Source of the DNA: an uncultured Gammaproteobacteria bacterium
Lineage (GTDB): Bacteria > Patescibacteriota > Microgenomatia > UBA10105 > UBA927
DNA: 64,000 nt
Assembly (NCBI GenBank): GCA_964573695.1
Contig: CAZNKB010000004.1
Coordinates: 78,214-142,213, forward strand
Reading direction: 5' to 3'
The notes below the pieces were generated by a model that was given only the letters and a program-made list of their open reading frames with translations, ran no database searches and was not told the origin of the DNA. Below are positions 57,751-64,000 of the stretch, in pieces (the first letter of the stretch is position 1; each line of letters begins with the position of its first letter). The translations under genes were made by a program, and so were the position numbers.

Positions 57751-59682
57751 ATGGTTAACGTAGAGCGTCAAAAAGCGCCAATTTCTTTTGCTCCAGAGCT
57801 TTCTACAAGAGGATCGGATGAAAAACTTCCTGCAATATCCCTCAAGGAATATCAGGATACGTTTTTGTCCCTCTACACGCTCTATGGATTAGATAAACAT
57901 GCCGCAAAACTCGGATTGCTAGAAGGGACCATGATGACGCGTTCCGTTATGGGACAGCTCATGGGGCCATTTATTAACAAGCAGTTCCGCACTATATTCG
58001 TCGGGTCGTCACCTACAGGTGAGTTGAGCGAGGGTTTAGCGCGGCCAAATGATAAACAAGCGTTCCTTGCCGCTGCAAAAAAACTAGCATTCATTGTAGG
58101 TGGCGCTATGGCCGGGAATTTGTCGGTAAAGTTATTGGACGGGGTGGCCAGGAAAGCATACGAGGAAGAGTCGTTGTTTTTCCGAAAAGCGATAAATGAC
58201 CGTATCGCGCAGTCCATATTCATGCGTGACCTTGAGTTCGTGCAGAATAAGACTCCCGCAGAGATACTCAACATCATAGATAAAGGGAAGCGGGGGATAA
58301 TGACTGTCATTGATGAGACTATTACGGAAGTCGTACCTCACTTGACGGCAATCGTGGCCGCAAGTGCCGCCGGATTTACGGTGGACAAGAAAGTGGGAGG
58401 GTTGGGGCTCCTCCGTCTGCCGTTTCTGTATGCCACGAATAAGAAGGTGATAGAGCAGATGCTTGTGGACAGAAAGAAAGAGCTGGCGCAAAAGGACGCG
58501 ATAGACGCGCGTGTGATGTCATCGCTTCAGAGCGTAGAGTTGGTGAAGTCCTCCGATACTATGGAGCATGCAATCGGCGAATTGGGCAACACGATGCATG
58601 AACAGGATGCCATGATTATCAAATCCAAGCAAAAACGCGTTGCCAGAAGTCAGCAGGAGGCGTACCTTGATACATTGTTTGAAGATATATTGCCTATGGC
58701 GCTCGGGTACGCGGAATATAATGACTTGGTACAATCCGACCATAACCCTTTCGCTTCCGCGACCGTAGCCCTTCAGCACTACAGAACAATAGCGGGTGAA
58801 CAGCGCAGCATAGGCTGGCATGCATCCGCGTTAATGTCATCTCTCTCAGAGAGGATCCAGCCGGCGATTCAAGATATCAAAAGAATGGATGAGTTGCTTG
58901 GTCCGTATGATATGCTGGATAAGCCGGACGGGTTGTTGGAACAAGCAAGAAATCCTGTTTCCCAACTCCGTAACTTTGATATTCAGGTGCGGAATTTACA
59001 ATACAAAAATATACTCCACAACGTATCCCTTCATATACCTGAGGGGTCGTTCGTGACCATTCGAGGGCCTTCGGGTATCGGAAAAACAACACTTCTTCGT
59101 CATATGTTGGGATTGTTTGGGGCGGCGCATGGGGTCGTAACTTACGGAGATCAAGATTTGGGGAGTATAAAAAAATACGGTGAGCATTCTATCTATTCCA
59201 AGTTAGCATATGCGAATCAGGCGCCGTTGTATTTTGAAAATATGTCACTTCGGGATAACCTTCAGTTGTGGACGACGAATCACGTGTCCGACGAAACTTT
59301 ATTCCAGGTGTTGCACGATTTGAAACTCGATCATATCGCAGGTCGACTTGATAGCAAGGTAAAGCATTTTTCCGGTGGGGAACTCCGGAGAATTGGAATT
59401 GCCCGGGCGCTCCTCAAGAATCCGCAGGTGCTTTTTTTGGATGAGCCGACCGCAAATTTAGATGAAGGATCATTACAGCAGGTGTTGCAGATCATAAAAG
59501 ACATGCGTAAAAACAGGCCGGATATGACGGTTATTGCGATAACCCATGATCCGCATTTTGAAGCGATCGCGGAAAAGATTGTGGATTTTGCCGAGGTGAA
59601 TAAGCCAAACGACATGAGCGCGGAGACACTCGGGAATCGGAGCGTATTTTATGGGCCACCGCCCACAGGAAAGAATACATAG
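57751..59682 (+). CDS. ABC-type ATPase fusion protein, paralogue 2
   Basis: 643 aa; GPSGIGKTT, FSGGELRRIGIARALL, VLFLDEPTANLDE; N-domain FMRDLEFVQNKTPAEILNIIDKGK, DARVMSSLQSVELVKSSD, QPAIQDIKRMDELLGPYD. Confidence 0.7.
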   Translation: MVNVERQKAPISFAPELSTRGSDEKLPAISLKEYQDTFLSLYTLYGLDKHAAKLGLLEGTMMTRSVMGQLMGPFINKQFRTIFVGSSPTGELSEGLARPNDKQAFLAAAKKLAFIVGGAMAGNLSVKLLDGVARKAYEEESLFFRKAINDRIAQSIFMRDLEFVQNKTPAEILNIIDKGKRGIMTVIDETITEVVPHLTAIVAASAAGFTVDKKVGGLGLLRLPFLYATNKKVIEQMLVDRKKELAQKDAIDARVMSSLQSVELVKSSDTMEHAIGELGNTMHEQDAMIIKSKQKRVARSQQEAYLDTLFEDILPMALGYAEYNDLVQSDHNPFASATVALQHYRTIAGEQRSIGWHASALMSSLSERIQPAIQDIKRMDELLGPYDMLDKPDGLLEQARNPVSQLRNFDIQVRNLQYKNILHNVSLHIPEGSFVTIRGPSGIGKTTLLRHMLGLFGAAHGVVTYGDQDLGSIKKYGEHSIYSKLAYANQAPLYFENMSLRDNLQLWTTNHVSDETLFQVLHDLKLDHIAGRLDSKVKHFSGGELRRIGIARALLKNPQVLFLDEPTANLDEGSLQQVLQIIKDMRKNRPDMTVIAITHDPHFEAIAEKIVDFAEVNKPNDMSAETLGNRSVFYGPPPTGKNT

Positions 59683-59692
59683 CGCGTATTGA

Positions 59693-60502
59693 GTGGTATA
59701 CTATAGGTATATGAGCGAGAAACCACCAATGGGCGATATGCGCCCCAAACCAAAAGATATTCTCTTGCCGCCTGATAAGGCCAAAGAGATAAGTGACATT
59801 ATCCCCAAACCGGAGAATCAATTCCACTATAAAATTACCGGGGAATGGCAGCAGAATCGAGAGGTCTATCGGGTCATGGAGGGTAATAAAGTGATCAGCG
59901 ACTACTCATTCCCGGAAAAAAGTAACATGAGTAAGGTGCAGTTTGCCACCCGCAAGACGTATTCCAAAGAAGTGAATTTATTGGGAGCTTGGACGGATCA
60001 GCCCGTGCAATTTGACCGCAAAACCGGAACGTGGAAAAAGCTCAATATCCTTGAGCGCGTGAAGCAGACGTTTTCCAAAGAAGTGAATATCCCGGCGCAA
60101 GTGGTCATGGAAGTGGCTGGTGGTAAAGAGGTGCCGATCCTTCACACGCTTGAGCAGAAGCGCCCGGTAGGAGAGACGGTTGTCGAGGCTAAAGTAAATA
60201 CACTTTCCGAGGCGCAGGTTGACTTGGGTCTTAAGTATAAGCACGTGGATCACAAGATTTCAGAGCTTGAAGAGACTAATCGGGTGCTCAAAACTGAAGC
60301 AGCGACAAGTGCTGCCTTGATCGCGTCACTTCGCCAGCAAGTCGTTATCGCTAACCGAAAAGTTTCCGAATTATCGGCACAACTTCGTGTGGCGCAAATG
60401 AAGGCGCAGGATGCGGCTAATCAGGCAAACCCACATCATGAAGGGCCAATCTACTCCAAGCCGGACCCTGCGGATGTTGTCGAGGGTGAAGTCATAGGAT
60501 AA
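59693..60502 (+). CDS. hypothetical protein with internal short repeat and C-terminal coiled coil
   Basis: 269 aa; repeated (Y/F)SKEVN(L/I) motif; heptad-rich C-terminus ELEETNRVLKTEAATSAALIASLRQQVVIANRKVSELSAQLRVAQMKAQ. Confidence 0.4.
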   Translation: MVYYRYMSEKPPMGDMRPKPKDILLPPDKAKEISDIIPKPENQFHYKITGEWQQNREVYRVMEGNKVISDYSFPEKSNMSKVQFATRKTYSKEVNLLGAWTDQPVQFDRKTGTWKKLNILERVKQTFSKEVNIPAQVVMEVAGGKEVPILHTLEQKRPVGETVVEAKVNTLSEAQVDLGLKYKHVDHKISELEETNRVLKTEAATSAALIASLRQQVVIANRKVSELSAQLRVAQMKAQDAANQANPHHEGPIYSKPDPADVVEGEVIG

Positions 60503-60521
60503 TACTGTACAATAAGGGGAT

Positions 60522-62759
60522 ATGACGGCTGAACGACCGCTCAAACCACCCGTTCCGAAGGAGCCACACGTTACAACAGACGTGAGCTCTATAGTTACCC
60601 CAAAGGCAGTTGAGAGTACCACACCAGTTATAGAGCGTGTCGCAGAGGGTAAGCCGCCCGAATCCAAAGATTTGACCGCTATGGTAGAACAGGTTGCCAA
60701 GGACTTGCGTGAGCAGGGCATACCGGTTTCCTCGGATGATATACGCGCTGTCCAAAAGTTAGTAGAGCGGGGGTCATACCCGGCATCTTCTTCGGAGTCC
60801 CCAAAACCAGGACAAAAAAAGCCTGTTGAAACAGGACCGCTACCGGAAATCGATCTCAATGAGTATAAAACGGTAGTAGACGATTTGGTCCGGAACTACG
60901 GCGTAGATAAGCAGGCGTGGGGCAAGATCAGCCATATCATCGGCATTACCACACTGGTCGGGGATTTCCTGGGAGGCATGCAGCGGAAAATGTTTGCTAC
61001 GAAAGAGGGCCGGAAATATGTTTATCGCCGGTTCGGTGCAATCGGGCATGAATTGGGGCTCAAGAAATTCACGCCGAAAGAATTTTTCCAGAGTTTGCCG
61101 GTTATGAAAAAAGAAAAAGCGGCAAAAATGGGCAAGTGGTTACTGGAAAGTTCATGGCCGTTCCTCGCCAGTCCCGTGTATTGGTTGTTAGAGCGACAGG
61201 CAGGGAAAATTGCGGGGAAGATGTTTATGGCTGAGCGCACCAATCTGCAAGAACAGGTGAACAATCGGATAGCGGATTCGCTATTTATGCGGAATTTCGA
61301 ATTCCTCAATAACACGCCGTCGGGAGAAATGTTGGAGATTATTAATCGCGGTAAAGATGCCACTCTGGATCTCATGAGTGCGGTGCATGAGGAGCTTATC
61401 CCGCTCAAATACGCGACGGCGGGATCAATCGGGAAGCAGTGGCTGATTAATCCGGTAGATGCCGGAGCAGCGTTGTTCAAAAAAATGATGCTGGAAACCC
61501 GCGTGAAGCCAAATGCGCAACGTATACAAAAGCAGAATGATGAGGCCCTCAAACACTGGGATACCGTCAATACCAAGCTCCTGACGACTTTACAGGGTTT
61601 AGAAACGGTACGGACAACAGGTAATGCAGAAGCCGGATCGGATGTCCTCTATCAGGCGTTGGCGGATAGGGATTTCGTGGAATCGGGCGGCATGCGGGAG
61701 AAGCGTCAGCAGGATCGGACGATGAATAAGCTATTTGATCTTTTGGACATAAGTGTGCCGTTGACGACCGAGGGGTTGAAGTTGTGGCAAGAGATCAGGG
61801 GGGGAGTGAGCGAAACAGGGAAGCCGTATATGGCTGACGATATGTTTAATAGTTTGGCTGACGCGTATTTTCGGGTAACCGGTTCCAAGGGGGAGCAGCA
61901 GGATTTGCGTCAGATGACACTTCAGAAAACACATTTATATGTGAATCGTATCATCCCTGATATTCAGGATATCAAGCGCATGGAAGATCTACTGGGTCCG
62001 TACGATCTTCTTGATCATCCGCTTGGACTTCGGGAGACAGCCAGAAAGCCGGTGTCGGATATCAGCAGGTTTGACATCAAGGTGGAAAATTTGCGGTTTA
62101 AACATATCCTTCATGGGGTAAATTTGGATATCCCCCAGGGATCGTTCGTCACGATTAAGGGTCCGTCAGGAATAGGGAAGAGTACGCTATTTCGGCATCT
62201 TGTGGGGCTCTACCCGGGAGATTCCGGGTCGGTAAAATATGGTGATGTCGATATCGACGGCATCAAAAAATACGGTGAGCAGTCCATATTCACCAAAATC
62301 GCGTATGCCAACCAAAATCCCCAGTACTTTGAGGATATGACGCTCCGGGAAAACCTCCTCTTGTGGACGTCAAAAGATATTCCCAATGAGCGCATCGAGT
62401 CGGTGTTAAAGGATTTGAAATTGGATGCTATCGTTGATCGGCTGGATACGAAAACCAAACATTTTTCCGGAGGCGAAATGCGCCGCATCGGCATCGCCCG
62501 GGCGTTACTCAAGGATCCCAAGGTGCTGTATCTTGATGAGCCTACGGCAAACCTGGATGCTGCCTCCACGCTGCAGGTGATGAAGATTATTCAGGAACTC
62601 CGTAAATCACGACCGGATATGACCGTGGTTGCCATTACCCATGACCCGGTATTCGAGCGGATTGCTGAACACGTGGTAGATTTTGCCGATATCAACAAAA
62701 AATCCGAATCTGTCGCTCTCGGTGACGGCCAGGTATTAGAAGCGATCGCGAAGCCCTAA
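60522..62759 (+). CDS. ABC-type ATPase fusion protein, paralogue 3
   Basis: 745 aa; GPSGIGKST, FSGGEMRRIGIARALL, VLYLDEPTANLDA; N-domain FMRNFEFLNNTPSGEMLEIINRGK, QGLETVRTTGNA, IPDIQDIKRMEDLLGPYD. Confidence 0.7.
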   Translation: MTAERPLKPPVPKEPHVTTDVSSIVTPKAVESTTPVIERVAEGKPPESKDLTAMVEQVAKDLREQGIPVSSDDIRAVQKLVERGSYPASSSESPKPGQKKPVETGPLPEIDLNEYKTVVDDLVRNYGVDKQAWGKISHIIGITTLVGDFLGGMQRKMFATKEGRKYVYRRFGAIGHELGLKKFTPKEFFQSLPVMKKEKAAKMGKWLLESSWPFLASPVYWLLERQAGKIAGKMFMAERTNLQEQVNNRIADSLFMRNFEFLNNTPSGEMLEIINRGKDATLDLMSAVHEELIPLKYATAGSIGKQWLINPVDAGAALFKKMMLETRVKPNAQRIQKQNDEALKHWDTVNTKLLTTLQGLETVRTTGNAEAGSDVLYQALADRDFVESGGMREKRQQDRTMNKLFDLLDISVPLTTEGLKLWQEIRGGVSETGKPYMADDMFNSLADAYFRVTGSKGEQQDLRQMTLQKTHLYVNRIIPDIQDIKRMEDLLGPYDLLDHPLGLRETARKPVSDISRFDIKVENLRFKHILHGVNLDIPQGSFVTIKGPSGIGKSTLFRHLVGLYPGDSGSVKYGDVDIDGIKKYGEQSIFTKIAYANQNPQYFEDMTLRENLLLWTSKDIPNERIESVLKDLKLDAIVDRLDTKTKHFSGGEMRRIGIARALLKDPKVLYLDEPTANLDAASTLQVMKIIQELRKSRPDMTVVAITHDPVFERIAEHVVDFADINKKSESVALGDGQVLEAIAKP

Positions 62760-62794
62760 GGCTTGTCAAATATGAGAAAAATCCTCATACTGGA

Positions 62795-62947
62795 GATATG
62801 CCAGGTAGTAGAATTTCGATACGCTTTCGTTTCATTGCGCGTCGACTAGGCTCTCTGGAGATATGAATTAGTTTTTAATAAACAAAGGAGATTGAAATTC
62901 CGTCAGCGTAAAACGCAATGGTCGAAATTTCACTACCTGGTATGGAC
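62795..62947. repeat. Copy B of the ~150 bp TIR-bounded repeated element
   Basis: Ends CCAGGTAGTAGAATTTCGAT (62801-62820) and GTCGAAATTTCACTACCTGG (62921-62940); ~45 nt 5' and ~35 nt 3' segments closely match copy A at 4641-4790. Confidence 0.6.
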
Positions 62948-63949
62948 GAGACACCGGAAATTCCACAAAAAGAACAGATCGTAAGTTCTCCTGAACTTGA
63001 CGACCGAATTAGACAAGCTCAGACAGAGATATTGGCTCAAGGGAAAAACCCGGAAGCCGTTGCCGGACGTAATATCGCAGAGATGAGTTTCTTGAAGGCG
63101 CTAGGGGAAACCATTAAACCGCATGCGAAAAGGTTACGGGAAATTAACTTCAAACAATTTAAAGCGCAGGGTGCCGCAGTCCTTAGTCTTATTCCTATCA
63201 TCGGAGAAGGGAAGGCGTTTTTGAGCACGGTGGGAGTAGTGAAGGGATACGAGAAAGCGACAAGCGTCTACAAAGCAGAAAAGGGGTGGCGGAAAGTCAA
63301 AGCGATAGGGGCCGGATTTGGCCGCGCCATGGCGGAAAATGCGCCGACTGCCGCCAAAGCCGGGTCGTTTTTTGAAAAAGTACGCGCCGGCAATGTCGTT
63401 GGGAAAGTTGAAGCTGAAGCGGCACTCAGGGCTGAACATATAGCTGCCAATATCGCGCACGGAACCTACGAGAGCAGTAGGGAAGCGAGTAAGGCGCTCA
63501 AGGCCGGACTAAAGTATAACAAAGAAGTCACGAAGCAGGCGCTCAAAGCAGGCCTGGATGAAGCTGCGGATGCAGCAGGAAAAACAGGTGTAGCAAGGTG
63601 GGCGTTTAAGGAAATCGAAAAGCGGAAAATACCGACAATCAAAATTTTGGCAAACCCGGAAAAGCGTGCGGCGATCGGTGCGTTTTTGGACCTTACGCCG
63701 GACGTTCCGGGCTGGCTATCGCTTACGACTGCAGTGGGCGAAATGGTGGGCATACACGGTATAGACGTGATACCCGCTGCGTTACAAATGGGCAAAAACA
63801 CGATTGATACCGCCGTGACGTACGGTAAGCTGACGAGTGATGTGCTAAATCTTGCGATAGACCGGGTGACCGGCAGGGGTAAAGGAGTAGCAAAGGCAGC
63901 ACAATTGTTTTCGTCGTATTCGGCGAGCCCAGGTTTGCAAGGAGCATGA
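62918..63949 (+). CDS. hypothetical Lys/Ala-rich protein (true start more likely ATG 62942, downstream of the repeat)
   Basis: 343 aa; first 8 codons lie inside repeat copy B; helical, KA-rich, Gly-rich hydrophobic segment near C-terminus. Confidence 0.4.
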   Translation: MVEISLPGMDETPEIPQKEQIVSSPELDDRIRQAQTEILAQGKNPEAVAGRNIAEMSFLKALGETIKPHAKRLREINFKQFKAQGAAVLSLIPIIGEGKAFLSTVGVVKGYEKATSVYKAEKGWRKVKAIGAGFGRAMAENAPTAAKAGSFFEKVRAGNVVGKVEAEAALRAEHIAANIAHGTYESSREASKALKAGLKYNKEVTKQALKAGLDEAADAAGKTGVARWAFKEIEKRKIPTIKILANPEKRAAIGAFLDLTPDVPGWLSLTTAVGEMVGIHGIDVIPAALQMGKNTIDTAVTYGKLTSDVLNLAIDRVTGRGKGVAKAAQLFSSYSASPGLQGA

Positions 63950-64000
63950 GGGTATGACCGGGTAGTGAATTTTTAGAAGATTATGTTCTTTTATGTTTAT

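Noticed and set aside
1-64000. CRISPR arrays, rRNA genes, prophage structural genes
   Set aside because: No regularly spaced direct repeats, no rRNA-like conserved stretches and no capsid/terminase-like ORFs were seen on either strand.

Overview
This 64 kb window is compactly coded, about 47% GC, with many short genes and many uncharacterised ones. The gene repertoire points to a reduced bacterial genome, possibly Patescibacteria/CPR-like; this is an inference from content, not a database hit. It includes a DUF4012 membrane protein, an archaeal/eukaryal-type ATP-dependent DNA ligase, a standalone 5'-3' exonuclease (split Pol I), a VKOR-type DsbB substitute and an EndoQ-like PHP protein.

Housekeeping genes I can support from motifs: rplY/ctc, epmA-GNAT-efp, valS, a Xer-like tyrosine recombinase, ftsB, trpS (with a C-terminal tRNA-binding domain), ftsH, a 5'-3' exonuclease, UMP kinase, recF, Nnr dehydratase, Fic, ATP-dependent DNA ligase, three glycosyltransferases, pth, a CsoR-controlled copper/thiol-redox cluster (copA, copZ, two cupredoxin-like proteins, VKOR, CcdA-like, rhodanese, DUF1573), trxA, trxB and gdhA. 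There are two tRNAs with CAT anticodons, one initiator-like.

Main hunt results:
(1) A 12.4 kb co-directional array (51.5-63.9 kb) of unknown function. It holds three tandem paralogous proteins that fuse a C-terminal ABC ATPase to an N-terminal domain keeping ABC-exporter cytoplasmic-loop motifs but with no convincing transmembrane helices. These sit beside three paralogous ~105-aa acidic helical proteins, each followed by a Gly/Ala-rich hydrophobic protein. I consider this the best candidate for an undescribed system.
(2) A T-box riboswitch leader (AGGGTGGCACCGCC core plus terminator) ahead of an operon of ParB/Srx-like protein, standalone TrpB2 and TrpRS. A weaker T-box-like motif sits in the valS leader.
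(3) A ~150 bp element with terminal inverted repeats present twice (4.64 kb and 62.8 kb), each ending at the start codon of the downstream gene.
(4) A CsoR operator-like palindrome in a divergent copper promoter, and recurrent CCCCGAT-N3-ATCGGGG hairpins.

No CRISPR array, rRNA or obvious prophage was seen.
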